From: Gemmatimonadota bacterium
GTDB lineage: Bacteria; Gemmatimonadota; Gemmatimonadetes; Gemmatimonadales; GWC2-71-9
DNA length: 64,000 nucleotides
Direction of reading: 5' to 3'
Assembly: GCA_003223415.1 (NCBI GenBank)
Contig: QHUY01000015.1
Location: 109,819-173,818, forward strand
Shown here one piece after another: positions 1 to 9,843 of the stretch. Every line of letters begins with the position of its first letter. The first letter of the stretch is position 1. Below the pieces are notes generated by a model that worked only from the letters and a program-made list of their open reading frames with translations, did no database searches and was not told where the DNA came from. Position numbers and translations under genes: made by a program.

Positions 1-231
1 CAGTCCAAGGACGCCGCCCAGGAGTTCCGTGTGGGCCTCGAAGCGCTGGTGGCGCAGGGCAAGGCCGCGGGCGCCGTCCGTCCCGGCGCGGTGGAGGTCT
101 TGGCGGCTGTGTGGCTTGCAGTGGTGAGCCTGGTGCTCGACCGGATTACGTCAAAAGAGTGGAGCGAGGGCCATCCCGGCGTGCGGCTGGCGATCGAGGC
201 AGCGTGGGAGGCGATCGCCGCAGCTCGATGA
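1..231 (+). CDS. possible TetR-like regulator, C-terminal fragment (5' end outside window)
   Basis: Frame 1 is open from base 1 to the stop at 229-231. The helical Ala/Leu-rich tail resembles a TetR ligand-binding domain. Weak call. Confidence 0.3.
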   Translation, partial: QSKDAAQEFRVGLEALVAQGKAAGAVRPGAVEVLAAVWLAVVSLVLDRITSKEWSEGHPGVRLAIEAAWEAIAAAR

Positions 232-1453
232 GTGCGATCTCCGGCGGCACAAAGACGCGGATCGGCACGCCCACGACCCCGATGCCGCGGCTGACGTAGA
301 GCTGGCTGTTGCCCTGCCGGAAGTGCCCCATGACGTATTTCGTGATCAACCGCCCCACCGACCAGCCGATGACCGGCAAGTAGAGCTGCCCCCCGTGAAT
401 GTGGCCGGCGAGGGTGAGCGGGATGCCGCGGGGTGCCGCGCCGTCGAACGCGCCGGGGCGGTGGGCGAGCAGCACCTGGAACGCCTCCGGCGGCGTGCGC
501 CGCAGGGCGAGGTCGATGTCGTGGGGCTGCGGGTCGTCGGCCCTCCAGTTACGGGGGTCGTCGATGCCCACGAGCGCGAGCGTGGCGCCGCTCCGCTCGA
601 TCAGGTGGGCGTCGTTCCGAACGAACACCTGGCCCGCGTCGCGCACCCCGCGAATCACCGCGGCCTCCCCCGTGTAGCGGTCGTGGTTGCCCAACACGGT
701 GACGACGCCGAGGGGGGCGGAGAGCTCCCGGAACGCGCGCACGTACCGCGGGATGTAGGTGGGGTCGATGTCGATCATATCTCCGGTCTGCACGATGAGG
801 TCGGCGGCGAGCGCGTTCGCCTGCGCGACCAGCGCTTGCATCTTGTCCTGCTCCATGTGGATCCCGGCGTGGACGTCGGAGAGATGGAGCAGGCGCAACC
901 CGTCGAGGCCCGGCGGCAGGTCGGGGAACGTGAGCGTACGGCGCGTGACCTCGGGGAGCCGCTCGGCATTCCAGATGCCGTAGGTCGAGAGTGCCGCTCC
1001 GGCGGCAGCGTACGCATAGGTCGCGCGGGCCAGGAAGCGGCGACGAGAGAGCTGTGCGTCGTGCGTAGTGCGTGGTAGGCTCCGATTCTCTTCGGCGCTC
1101 CGCTGCACAGCGGGGAACGCCACGGACCACGCACCGCGCACCTGTCTGGTCAGCCACACCAGGCTCTTCCCCACGATGTACACGGCCACGAGCCCGGCAA
1201 AGATCCACCCGAGCATCTGCCAGGCGAGCCACGGGCCGAGATAGGGAACGCGACCCATCCCCCACACGCTGCCGAACAGCACGCGCCGGGCGACGAACAG
1301 CCAGGGAAAGTTGAAGGCGATGAACACGACGGCGAGGCCGACCCGCACGAAGCGGGCGCGACCCGGACGCGTCGGGTCAGGCAGCCGCTCCCGCAAGTAC
1401 CCGTACACCAGCACCTGCGGCGCTACGAACAGAAGCAGATAGATTAGGGCCAT
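146..1453 (-). CDS. membrane-anchored metallophosphoesterase (calcineurin-like)
   Basis: ORF 146..1465, with Met at 1453 (MALIYLL) or 1465. N-terminal TM helices are followed by the motifs HLSDVHAG, GDMID, GNHD and GHIHGG. Confidence 0.85.
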   Translation of the reverse strand: MALIYLLLFVAPQVLVYGYLRERLPDPTRPGRARFVRVGLAVVFIAFNFPWLFVARRVLFGSVWGMGRVPYLGPWLAWQMLGWIFAGLVAVYIVGKSLVWLTRQVRGAWSVAFPAVQRSAEENRSLPRTTHDAQLSRRRFLARATYAYAAAGAALSTYGIWNAERLPEVTRRTLTFPDLPPGLDGLRLLHLSDVHAGIHMEQDKMQALVAQANALAADLIVQTGDMIDIDPTYIPRYVRAFRELSAPLGVVTVLGNHDRYTGEAAVIRGVRDAGQVFVRNDAHLIERSGATLALVGIDDPRNWRADDPQPHDIDLALRRTPPEAFQVLLAHRPGAFDGAAPRGIPLTLAGHIHGGQLYLPVIGWSVGRLITKYVMGHFRQGNSQLYVSRGIGVVGVPIRVFVPPEIALIELRRSPPTLPRSPAARRDGPRSTLLT

Positions 1454-2762
1454 GCCGTCACGCACCGTCCGTCACTGCGTCGTCGCGCTCTTCATCCCGT
1501 TCCCGGTTTTTGTGTCGGCCCAGCAGCTCTCGCCCGCCGATCGCCAGCTCATCGTCGTCAAACTGTGGGCGGAAGCACGGGCCAATTACGCCTACTGGGA
1601 TCGCGTGCACGCTGACTGGGACTCCGCGCTCACGGCGGACCTCGCCCTCGCCCAAGGGCGGGCCACGGACCGGCAGTTCTTCCGGGCCTTGCGCCGCCTC
1701 CTCGCCCTGTTGGGCGACGGTGAGTCCGATGTCCGCGCGCCGGGCGCCGTGCAGGCCCGCGTCGCGCGCCCGCCGATCGAGCTGCGTGCGGTGGAGCGCC
1801 GTCCCTTCATCATTGACTACGCCCCGAACGACGAAATGCGCATCGCCCGCCCCGAGCGCTTGGCCGAGGTCCTCGCCGTCCAGGGCATCCCCGTCGACAC
1901 CTGGATCCGCGACTCCGTGCTGCCGGAGGTGAGTGCCGCGACCCCGGCCGCCCGCTGGGAGCGCGCCGTGGCCCGCATGCTCGAGGGAGAGAAAGGTACC
2001 GCCCTGCACGTGCGTCTCCGACTCCCTGGGGGCGCCGAGCGCGGCGCCAGCGTGACGCGCGCCGTGGCCCTGAGCGATCGCTGGCCGCTCGAGCACCCGG
2101 CACTGGAAGGGGACACCCTCCCTGGCGGCGTGGCCTGGGTGCGGATCAACTCCCTGGCCGACCCCGACATCGTGCGGTTGTTCGACCACGCCTTTCCCGA
2201 CTTCGCGAACGTCACCGGGATGATTCTCGACCTGCGGGAGCACGGTGGTGGTAGCGGCGGCCGCGAGGCCGGCTATCAGATCCTCGCCCGGCTGACGGAC
2301 CGTCCCTTCCTCACTTCGCGCTGGCGCACCCCGCAGTACCGGCCGGCTTACCGCGGCCAGGACATGCCCGATTCGGCCGGCGCGTGGTTTACGGCGCCGC
2401 CGGATACCATCCGGCCGCGCAGCGACCGGCCGCGCTTCAAGGGCCCGGTGGCCGTGCTCTCCTCGCCGCGCACGTCGGGGCCGGCCGAAGATCTGCTCGT
2501 CGCGTTCCGGAACGCCGCACGCGGCCCCATCCTGGGCGAGCCGTCGGCGGGCAGCACCGGGCAGGTCCTCGCCATACCACTGGCCAAGGGATGGGGGGTC
2601 CAGCTGTGCGTGACGCGGGATGCGTTCCCCGACGGGTCGGAGTTCGCCGGCTTCGGCGTCGCTCCCGAGCTGCCGGTGGTGGTGACGGTGAAGGACTTTC
2701 TCGCGGGGCGCGATGTCGCTCTGGACCGGGCGCGTGAATACATCAGCGGGAACAGGCGGTGA
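1452..2762 (+). CDS. secreted peptidase, S41 (tail-specific protease-like) family
   Basis: Signal peptide (VALFIPFPVFVSAQQ). The C-terminal region VAVLSSPRTSGPAEDLL resembles the S41 catalytic Ser segment. Confidence 0.6.
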   Translation: MPSRTVRHCVVALFIPFPVFVSAQQLSPADRQLIVVKLWAEARANYAYWDRVHADWDSALTADLALAQGRATDRQFFRALRRLLALLGDGESDVRAPGAVQARVARPPIELRAVERRPFIIDYAPNDEMRIARPERLAEVLAVQGIPVDTWIRDSVLPEVSAATPAARWERAVARMLEGEKGTALHVRLRLPGGAERGASVTRAVALSDRWPLEHPALEGDTLPGGVAWVRINSLADPDIVRLFDHAFPDFANVTGMILDLREHGGGSGGREAGYQILARLTDRPFLTSRWRTPQYRPAYRGQDMPDSAGAWFTAPPDTIRPRSDRPRFKGPVAVLSSPRTSGPAEDLLVAFRNAARGPILGEPSAGSTGQVLAIPLAKGWGVQLCVTRDAFPDGSEFAGFGVAPELPVVVTVKDFLAGRDVALDRAREYISGNRR

Positions 2763-2769
2763 TCGGCGG

Positions 2770-3570
2770 TTACCGCCCTTCCAAGGTTCCCCGGAAAAAC
2801 CGCACCACCGCCCCCCACGCGCTGTCGGCCACCTCCGGCTTCTCGAGCGTTTGCAGGAACGCGTGCCCGACGCCGGGATACACGGTGAAGCGATAGTCCA
2901 CGCCCGACCGCTTCAGGGCAGTCATGAGGTCGGGCAGCCCCGCGTCGATGCGGGCGTCGTTCTCCGCGTAGACGCCTAGCCCCTTGGCCTTGATGCGCCT
3001 GAGCGCCGCCGTATCCGGCCCCGGCCCGTAGCACACGACGAACGCCCGCAGCGTCGGATTGTTGGTGGCGTAGCGGAAGCTCTGGCCTCCGCCCCAGCAG
3101 AACCCGATCACCGCGACGCGGTCGGCCCGCACCGCCCTGAGCGCGCGGAGGTAGGCGGCCGCTGCGTCGAGGTCCATCGTGATCGTGTCGGGATTGAGCC
3201 CGAGGATCAGCCGCCGCGCGTCGTCCGCGGACGCCGGTGTGCCTCCCTTCCGCGACAGGAGGTCCGGGCCGATCGCCACGAATCCCTCGCGCGCCAGCTT
3301 CTCCACCGCCGGGCGCAGGCGGTCGGACATCCCGTAGATGTCGTGGATCACGATCACCGCCGGCGCCGGATCCCGCCGCTCCGGGTAGGCGAGGTACGCG
3401 GTGATCGAATCCTTGCCGGAGAGATACTTGACGTACTCGGAATGAATGTCGGCGGTCGGGCGGGCAGCCGGTCGGGCGGACAGAACCGCCAAGGCTCCGA
3501 CCGCAAACAGCCCCCCGGCCACACCGACCGCCAGTCCGCCTGACCGCCTGACCGCCGGCTCAATGCCCAT
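2770..3570 (-). CDS. dienelactone hydrolase family protein
   Basis: N-terminal TM/signal region. Motifs VIVIHDIYG, GFCWGGG and YPGVGHAF. Confidence 0.8.
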   Translation of the reverse strand: MGIEPAVRRSGGLAVGVAGGLFAVGALAVLSARPAARPTADIHSEYVKYLSGKDSITAYLAYPERRDPAPAVIVIHDIYGMSDRLRPAVEKLAREGFVAIGPDLLSRKGGTPASADDARRLILGLNPDTITMDLDAAAAYLRALRAVRADRVAVIGFCWGGGQSFRYATNNPTLRAFVVCYGPGPDTAALRRIKAKGLGVYAENDARIDAGLPDLMTALKRSGVDYRFTVYPGVGHAFLQTLEKPEVADSAWGAVVRFFRGTLEGR

Positions 3571-4672
3571 AGGTGATCCTCCAGATCCGGCCGCCAGCGT
3601 CGTCGGAGACGAGCAGCGAGCCGTCGGGCAGCACCAGCAAGCTCACCGGCCGGCCCCACCGCGAGCCGTCCGCGAGCTGCCAGCCGGTCACGAAGTCCTC
3701 GACGGAGACCGGTTTGGCGTTCTGCACGTGCACCCGGACCACCTTCGCGCCCGTCGGCACGCTGCGGTTCCAGGAACCGTGGTAGGTCATGAAGGCGTCG
3801 CCCCGGTAGTCGGCGGGGAACATCGTGCCGGTGTAGAACGCAAGTCCGAGCGGCGCCGAGTGCGCCTGCACAAGGAACGCGGGCGACTCGACCCCGGCGC
3901 ACTTGGCCTCGGGGTACTCGGGGTTCGGCTTGTTCGGCAGGTAGCACTGCGGCCAGCCGTAGAACTTGCCGTCCTTCAGGATGTTGAGGTGCTCGGGCGG
4001 CAGGTCGTCGCCCAGGTTGTCGCGGTCGTTGTTGTTGGCCCAGAGCTCGCCGGTCGTTGGGTTGAACGCCACGCCGACCGAGTTGCGCAACCCCGTCGCG
4101 AAGAGGTGCTCACCTGAGCCGTCGAGGTTGTAGCGCACCACCGCGGCGCGGCGCGGATCGCTCTCCTCGCAGACGTTGCACGAGGTGCCGATCGCGACGT
4201 AGAGATGGTTATCCGGGGGAGGCCCGATCACTACGGTGCGGGTCCAGTGATTGCCGCCGCTCGGGAGGCCGGAGATGATCTGGACGGGATTAGTCGCGCC
4301 CGGGTCGAAGCGTTTCACGCCGTTGGTTTCCCCGACGTACATCGTGTCTCCCCGGAACGCGAGGCCGAAGGGGAGGTTGAGCCCGCTCGCGACGGTGATC
4401 GCGGTGTCGGCGACGCCGTCGCGGTTTGTATCCGGAAGCTTGATGATCAGTCCCTTGCCGGGCCGCGCGGCGTACACGACGCTGCTCAGGCCAAGGGCAA
4501 GGGAGCGTACCCCGCCGACATTGTCGGCGAACACGCTCACCTTGAATCCGACCGGGACGAACAGGTCGTGGCCGGCGACGGTAATCTTCTGGCGCTCGGG
4601 AGATGTACTCTGGGGGGCAAGGCTCCCCGAGCCGGTTACCATGGCGATAGTGAGGAGACAGCCGAGGCGCAT
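3560..4672 (-). CDS. PQQ-dependent sugar (glucose/sorbosone) dehydrogenase-like beta-propeller
   Basis: Signal peptide, the GWPQCY motif and propeller-like repeats. It overlaps the downstream DLH gene by 11 nt. Confidence 0.75.
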   Translation of the reverse strand: MRLGCLLTIAMVTGSGSLAPQSTSPERQKITVAGHDLFVPVGFKVSVFADNVGGVRSLALGLSSVVYAARPGKGLIIKLPDTNRDGVADTAITVASGLNLPFGLAFRGDTMYVGETNGVKRFDPGATNPVQIISGLPSGGNHWTRTVVIGPPPDNHLYVAIGTSCNVCEESDPRRAAVVRYNLDGSGEHLFATGLRNSVGVAFNPTTGELWANNNDRDNLGDDLPPEHLNILKDGKFYGWPQCYLPNKPNPEYPEAKCAGVESPAFLVQAHSAPLGLAFYTGTMFPADYRGDAFMTYHGSWNRSVPTGAKVVRVHVQNAKPVSVEDFVTGWQLADGSRWGRPVSLLVLPDGSLLVSDDAGGRIWRITYGH

Positions 4673-4752
4673 CAGTCATTCCCTGCCTTTCCGTCCGTTC
4701 GTGTTACCGTCGCCTACAGGAGAAGTTTCCCCCTCTCCGACCGACCGTCCCC

Positions 4753-5847
4753 CTATTGCCCATTCTTCGCATACACCCCCTCGAGCGCCGACTCACCCTT
4801 CGGCATCCGCCCCTTGCTCTTCACCGCCTCCGCGGCCGCCCGCTCCACCTCGGCCGCCACCTCCCCCTCCACCGCCTCCAGCTCCGCCGCGCCCCAGCCT
4901 GCTTCCTTGAGGTACTCCTCGTACTGCCCGATCGGGTCACGCCGGCCCCACTCCTTGAAGAGCGCGTCCGGGAACGTCTCCCGCGCTTCGCGCTCGTCGT
5001 GAGTCGCGTGGCCGCCCATGCGGAACGTCTCGGCGACGAGCAGCGCCGGCCCCTCGCCGCGGCGGCAACGCTCGGCCGCGAGGACCGTCGCCGCGTAGGC
5101 GTCGAGCACGTTGTTGCCGTCGAACTGGGCGCTCCACATCCCGTAACTCGCCCCCCAGTCCTGGAACGTGCCGGGCAGGTGGTGCTGCTCGAGACGGGTG
5201 CCGAGCGCGACCTGGTTGTTCTCGAGGATGAAGATGGCCGGGACTTTCTGCACCGCGGCGAAGTTGGTCCCTTCGTGCGCCGCGGTGGTCTTGGTCGAGC
5301 CGTCCCCCACCCACGTGAGGGCGACCCGCTGCTCGCCTTTCATCTTAAAGGTCAGCGCGATGCCGGTGATCACCGGCACCATGTCGCCCACGTGGGAGAC
5401 CGGCTGCAGCACACCATGGGAGAAGGAGCCCACGTGCAGGTCGCGGCCGCGGCTGGGGGAGTCTTCGCTACCGAGGTAGGCGCGCAGCATGTCGGCCACG
5501 CTCATCCCCATCTCGCAGCAGGCGGCGGCGTTGCGGATCATCGGCGCGACGATGTCGCGGCCTCGCTCCAAGGCATGCACCGGGCCGATGGTGGTCGCTT
5601 CCTCACCGGTGCCGAGCCACGCCTTGGAGATCACGCCGGTGCGGACCCAGCGCTTGAGCTGGATATCATGCAGCCGCGCCCGCAGCAGCCCGGCGTACAG
5701 GGCGCGGTGATCATCCTTGGTCAGGCGCGCCACGATGGCCGCCCGCTCTGCGTCGCCGGCGATGGTCTGCCGGAACGCCCGTACGAGCCCGGGGTCGGCC
5801 TTCCAGTCGATATACTCGGGGGGATCGAAGGCGGGGAATCGCTGCAT
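4753..5847 (-). CDS. TPP-dependent 2-oxoacid dehydrogenase E1 component, alpha subunit
   Basis: ORF 4753..5931; the internal Met (MQRFPAFDPPEY) at 5847 is the more likely start. TPP-binding region GDGSTKTTAAHEGTNFAAV...IFILENNQ. Confidence 0.8.
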   Translation of the reverse strand: MQRFPAFDPPEYIDWKADPGLVRAFRQTIAGDAERAAIVARLTKDDHRALYAGLLRARLHDIQLKRWVRTGVISKAWLGTGEEATTIGPVHALERGRDIVAPMIRNAAACCEMGMSVADMLRAYLGSEDSPSRGRDLHVGSFSHGVLQPVSHVGDMVPVITGIALTFKMKGEQRVALTWVGDGSTKTTAAHEGTNFAAVQKVPAIFILENNQVALGTRLEQHHLPGTFQDWGASYGMWSAQFDGNNVLDAYAATVLAAERCRRGEGPALLVAETFRMGGHATHDEREARETFPDALFKEWGRRDPIGQYEEYLKEAGWGAAELEAVEGEVAAEVERAAAEAVKSKGRMPKGESALEGVYAKNGQ

Positions 5848-5945
5848 GGGGATTAAGCTAACCGTCGTCTGGGCGGGTGGTGGAGGTCTCCCTGCGCGAC
5901 AAAAAAGCACAGTCGCTTCGGGAGACCTCACCCGCCTGACCGGGG

Positions 5946-7289
5946 TTACGGCACTCCCGCGGCGCTTCGCCCGACGACTTGTCCATCCCGCTTGAACACC
6001 GCTCCGCCCTTCATCACGAAGTCCACGTGCTGCAGCACGGTGATGTCCTGCAACGGGTCGCCGCGCACTGCGACGAGGTCGGCGTATTTCCCCGGGGCGA
6101 CCGACCCGACGTCCTGCTCCTTGCCGAGCAGTGTCGCCCCGCTCAGCGTGCCGGCCACGATGGCCTGCATTGGCGTCATGCCGTACTTCGCCATCAGCTC
6201 GAACTCCCGGGCGTTGGTGCCGTGGTGCATCACGCCGGCGTCGGTGCCGAGGGCGATCTTCACACCGGCGTCCAGCGCGAGCTTGAAGGAGTTGCGCATC
6301 CGCGGCGCGATGGCGAGCGCCTTAGCGGCGATCGGCGGCGGCAGCCGGCCGGCGGTGGCCAGCGACTCGACTGAGACGCCGGCGAGCAGCGTCGGGACCA
6401 GCCACGTGCCGTGCGCCTTCATCAGGGCGACCGCTTCGCTGTCGAGGATCGAACCGTGCTCGATCGAGGTGACGCCGGCCCGCACGGCGGCCTTGATCCC
6501 GGCGGTGCCGTGGGCGTGGGCGGCGACGCGACGCTGGAGCAGCGTCGCCGTCTCGACGATCGCCCGCATCTCTTCCTCGGAGTATTGCTGGAGACCGGCC
6601 GAATCGGTGAGCGAGAGCACACCGCCCGTCGCGCAAATCTTGATGACGTCGGCGCCGTACTTGATCATGTAGCGGACGGCGTTGCGGACCTCGTCGATCC
6701 CGTTCGCCACGCCCTCCTCCACGCCGGCCTCGTGTCCCAGCGCGTCGGGCTGCAGGCCATCGGTCTCGTCGCAATGACCGCCGCGGATGCCGAACGAGAT
6801 GCCCGCGCCGACGATGCGCGGCCCGGGAAGCCAGCCCGCGTTGATCGCGTTGCGGAGCGCGATGTCGCCGAAATGCGCGCTGCCCACGACCCGGACGGTG
6901 GTGAAGCCCGCCTCCAGGGTCTGCTGAGCGTGGGCCGCACCGAGCAGCACGAGCTGGCTTGGCATCTCGGTGAGGCGGCTGTGCTGCCAGTCGCCGTCGC
7001 CGATGGTGCGGCCGGCGAGGTGCACATGCGCGTCGATGAACCCCGGCAGCACCGTTTCACCCGACAGGTCGATCACCGTCGCGCCCCGCGGGATCGCGAC
7101 GTTCGCGCCGGCCGCCGTGATGCGCTCGCCCTGGATCACGATGACCGCGTTCTTCACCGGCGCCGCCCCGGTCCCCTCAATCAGCGTCCCCGCCTTGATG
7201 GCGGTGATGGGCTGGGGAAGGGGTGGGGGGGGGGACTGTTGCGCAGCGAGGGTGACCGGGAGGGCCAGCAGCAGAGCGAGCGTACGCAT
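5946..7289 (-). CDS. secreted amidohydrolase (imidazolonepropionase/Xaa-Pro dipeptidase-like)
   Basis: This is the C-terminal 448 codons of track ORF 5946..8384. The start MRTLALLLALPVTLAAQQ at 7289 has a signal peptide. Motifs GFIDAHVHL and AAHAHG. Confidence 0.85.
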   Translation of the reverse strand: MRTLALLLALPVTLAAQQSPPPPLPQPITAIKAGTLIEGTGAAPVKNAVIVIQGERITAAGANVAIPRGATVIDLSGETVLPGFIDAHVHLAGRTIGDGDWQHSRLTEMPSQLVLLGAAHAQQTLEAGFTTVRVVGSAHFGDIALRNAINAGWLPGPRIVGAGISFGIRGGHCDETDGLQPDALGHEAGVEEGVANGIDEVRNAVRYMIKYGADVIKICATGGVLSLTDSAGLQQYSEEEMRAIVETATLLQRRVAAHAHGTAGIKAAVRAGVTSIEHGSILDSEAVALMKAHGTWLVPTLLAGVSVESLATAGRLPPPIAAKALAIAPRMRNSFKLALDAGVKIALGTDAGVMHHGTNAREFELMAKYGMTPMQAIVAGTLSGATLLGKEQDVGSVAPGKYADLVAVRGDPLQDITVLQHVDFVMKGGAVFKRDGQVVGRSAAGVP

Positions 7290-7348
7290 CGTCCTTACGC
7301 CTCTGGTGGACGGTTCTGTTCGACGCCGTTGTTCGACGTCGGCTGCAG

Positions 7349-8407
7349 TCAGGTGAACTTCTCTTTGATCTTTCCGAACAACCGCGCTTCGGCAAACTCC
7401 AGCGCGGTGGCGTAGCGATCGTCGGCATTGGTCTCGAGCGACTTGGCCAGCGCCTTCTCGAGCCCGGCCGGGAGATCCGGGCGCGCCTGGCGCAGCAGCA
7501 TCGGAGTGCCGCGCAGTCGGGCGATCATCATCTCCTGCGCGTTGCGGCCCTGGAACGGCAACCTCCCCGTGAACATCTCGAACGCCACGATGCCGAGCGC
7601 GTAGACGTCGCTCCGGGAGTCCAGCGGCTTGCCGCGGATCTGCTCGGGGCTCATGAATTCGGGGGTGCCGAGGATGATGCCGGTGGCCGTCAGCTTCTGG
7701 ATGGCGGGGTCGGCGCGCCGCTCCTTGGCCAGCCCGAAGTCCATCACCACGGCGCGGTCCCCGCCGCCGTCCTGGGGGACCAGCATGATGTTCTCGGGCT
7801 TCAGGTCGCGGTGCACGATCTGGAGCTCGTGCGCATGGTGGAGGCCGGTGCACACCTGGCGCAGGATCGGGACGCCGGTCGCCACGTCCATCGGGCCGCC
7901 CTTCACCTCGCGGTCGGAGAGCAGCTCGCCCTTGAGGAACGGCATCACCAAGTAGATCAGCCCGTCCTCCGACTCCCCGAGTCGCAGGATGCGGCACACG
8001 TTCGGGTGGTCGAGTCGCATGGCGAGGCCGGCCTCGCGGCGCAGCCGCTCGACCGAGCTGCGGTCGCTGGCCAGCTTGGGGGAGAGCACCTTGACCGCCA
8101 CCTCCTCGCCGGAGGCGATCTCCCGCGCGAGGTAGACGTACGACATCCCGCCCTCGCCCAGCTTTTGCAGCACCTGGTAGCGGGTATCGAGAACCTGGTT
8201 GGAGAGGGTCGACGCGCGATCGAGCGAGATGCCCTTGGCTGCAGCGGCCGGGGTGCGCACTTTGGTGCCGCCGCCGGACGGCGGCTTCGCACCCTGCGCC
8301 GGTGCGGGCGGCGCCTGGACCTCCACGAGCATCGTCCCGTCCTTGGGGCAGAAGCGGGCGGCGTCCGAGTAGACCGTCTTGCACTTGGGACAGCGGCGAA
8401 CGCTCAT
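7349..8407 (-). CDS. Ser/Thr protein kinase with N-terminal zinc ribbon
   Basis: Start MSVRRCPKCKTVYSDAARFCPKDG at 8407. Kinase motifs VAVKVL, HRDLKPENIM, DFGLAK and GTPEFMSPEQ. Its start overlaps the upstream gene's stop by 4 nt (ATGA). Confidence 0.85.
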   Translation of the reverse strand: MSVRRCPKCKTVYSDAARFCPKDGTMLVEVQAPPAPAQGAKPPSGGGTKVRTPAAAAKGISLDRASTLSNQVLDTRYQVLQKLGEGGMSYVYLAREIASGEEVAVKVLSPKLASDRSSVERLRREAGLAMRLDHPNVCRILRLGESEDGLIYLVMPFLKGELLSDREVKGGPMDVATGVPILRQVCTGLHHAHELQIVHRDLKPENIMLVPQDGGGDRAVVMDFGLAKERRADPAIQKLTATGIILGTPEFMSPEQIRGKPLDSRSDVYALGIVAFEMFTGRLPFQGRNAQEMMIARLRGTPMLLRQARPDLPAGLEKALAKSLETNADDRYATALEFAEARLFGKIKEKFT

Positions 8408-9843
8408 TCGCGCACCAGGTTGCGGCCCTCGTTTTTCGCCCGGTAGAGAGCCTGGTCGGCCAGGGTCACGAGTCCTTCCGCGCCGTGGACGCGTTCGTCG
8501 GGGAAACACGCCAGTCCGATGCTGACCGTCAGGTGGAGCGGGTCCTCCCCGGGATCGGCGAAGTCGCGCGCCGCGATGCGGCGCCGCAGCCGCTCGGCGA
8601 AGATCGCGGCGCCGTGCAGAGCGGTCTCAGGCATCACCACCACGAACTCCTCGCCGCCATACCGCGCCACGAGGTCCACCGATCGCGCCTCGCGCCGCAT
8701 CAACTCCCCAACTTGGCGCAGAACCGAGTCCCCCGCAATGTGCCCGCGGGTGTCGTTGATCTGTTTGAAGCGGTCGATGTCGGCGAGCAGAATGCCGACC
8801 GCCAGGTTGTATCGCCGCGCCCGCTCCAGCTCGGCCTCCAGGGCCTCGGCCAGGGCCCGCCGGTTCAGCGTGCCCGTCAGCGCGTCCGTCGCGGCGAGCT
8901 TCTCGAGACGCTGTTTGTCGGACACCGCGGTCTCGAAGTCGTACGCCTTCTCGATCGCGGCCACCGCCGTCTTGATCACGGTCTCGGCGAACTGCGCGTC
9001 TGCGCGCGTGAGCGGCGGGTCTTCCCCCGTGGTGCGCAGGAAGAAGACCCCGAGCTGGCGGTCCGTCATCGAAAACGGCAGGGCCACCGCCGAGCGGGTC
9101 GGCACCTTGATGCCGTCGCGCTCCCAGCGCAGACGCTCCTGGGTGTACAGCGGGTCGCTCCGCACGTCCGTCACGAGCACCAGCCGGCCGGTCGAGATCG
9201 CCTGCTCGATCTCGGGGTACCGCGCCAGCTCGATCTCGAGGTTGCGCAGCATCGGGTTCTCGTAGGCGGCGACCACGACGCCCACCAGGTCACCCGGCTT
9301 GGCCAGGACCATGGAGCACTTCGAGATGTTGAGCACCCGCGCCACGCGCCGCGCCAGGATGTGGTAGATCTCGTCGGGCTTGAGGGAGTCGGTGACTTCG
9401 TGGAGGATGTCCACCATAGTGGCGCGGCTGCGGGCTTCCTCCCGCGCCTGCGCCAGCGCGCGGCCCACGCGCAGGTGGGCCTCCACCCGGGCGAGCAGCT
9501 CCTTGACGCGGAATGGCTTCGCGATGAAGTCGGCCGCGCCGAGGCCGAGCGCTTTCACCGTCGCCTCCTCGGGCGGCATCGACGACACCATGAGGACCGG
9601 CAGGTCCTGGAACTGCTCGTCGCTCTTCAGGCGCTCGAGCAGCTGCAGCCCGTCCACCTTGGGCATCATGATGTCGAGGAGCAGGAGCTGGGGCTTCTCT
9701 TCCTCGAGCTTGGCGAGCAGGCCCTCGCCCCCCGGCACGCTCACCACTTCGTAGCCCTGTTCCTTGAGGATCCACGACAGCGTCTTCACGAGCGACAGGT
9801 CATCGTCCGCGACGAGGATCTTGGACGGAGCGGCTTCGGTCAT
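8404..9843 (-). CDS. response regulator receiver - GAF - GGDEF diguanylate cyclase
   Basis: ILVADDD...LLLLDIMMPKVDG receiver, a central GAF-like region and a C-terminal RYGGEEF active site. Confidence 0.85.
   Translation of the reverse strand: MTEAAPSKILVADDDLSLVKTLSWILKEQGYEVVSVPGGEGLLAKLEEEKPQLLLLDIMMPKVDGLQLLERLKSDEQFQDLPVLMVSSMPPEEATVKALGLGAADFIAKPFRVKELLARVEAHLRVGRALAQAREEARSRATMVDILHEVTDSLKPDEIYHILARRVARVLNISKCSMVLAKPGDLVGVVVAAYENPMLRNLEIELARYPEIEQAISTGRLVLVTDVRSDPLYTQERLRWERDGIKVPTRSAVALPFSMTDRQLGVFFLRTTGEDPPLTRADAQFAETVIKTAVAAIEKAYDFETAVSDKQRLEKLAATDALTGTLNRRALAEALEAELERARRYNLAVGILLADIDRFKQINDTRGHIAGDSVLRQVGELMRREARSVDLVARYGGEEFVVVMPETALHGAAIFAERLRRRIAARDFADPGEDPLHLTVSIGLACFPDERVHGAEGLVTLADQALYRAKNEGRNLVRE

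Noticed and set aside
1451-1454. Divergent genes whose start codons overlap (CATG at 1451-1454, and again at 35749-35752), leaving no intergenic promoter space.
   Set aside because: Alternative downstream starts exist (for example GTG 35801 for the FAD oxidoreductase), and start assignment by eye is unreliable. This is probably an annotation ambiguity rather than biology.
7225-7234. Frequent G or C homopolymers of 8-11 nt (7225-34, 21656-63, 21840-50, 25362-69, 32796-804, 43222-29, 45059-66, 45556-64, 57599-608), considered as possible phase-variation tracts.
   Set aside because: At about 36% G and 36% C, roughly 20 runs of at least 8 nt are expected by chance in 64 kb. All of them are in frame and encode Gly or Pro runs. 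Only the 21840-50 tract is discussed, because of its context.
5946-8384. 812-aa ORF that appears to fuse a long N-terminal extension to the amidohydrolase.
   Set aside because: The upstream 360 codons are out-of-frame read-through across the kinase gene on the same strand. A signal-peptide-bearing Met at 7289 gives a normal 448-aa amidohydrolase.
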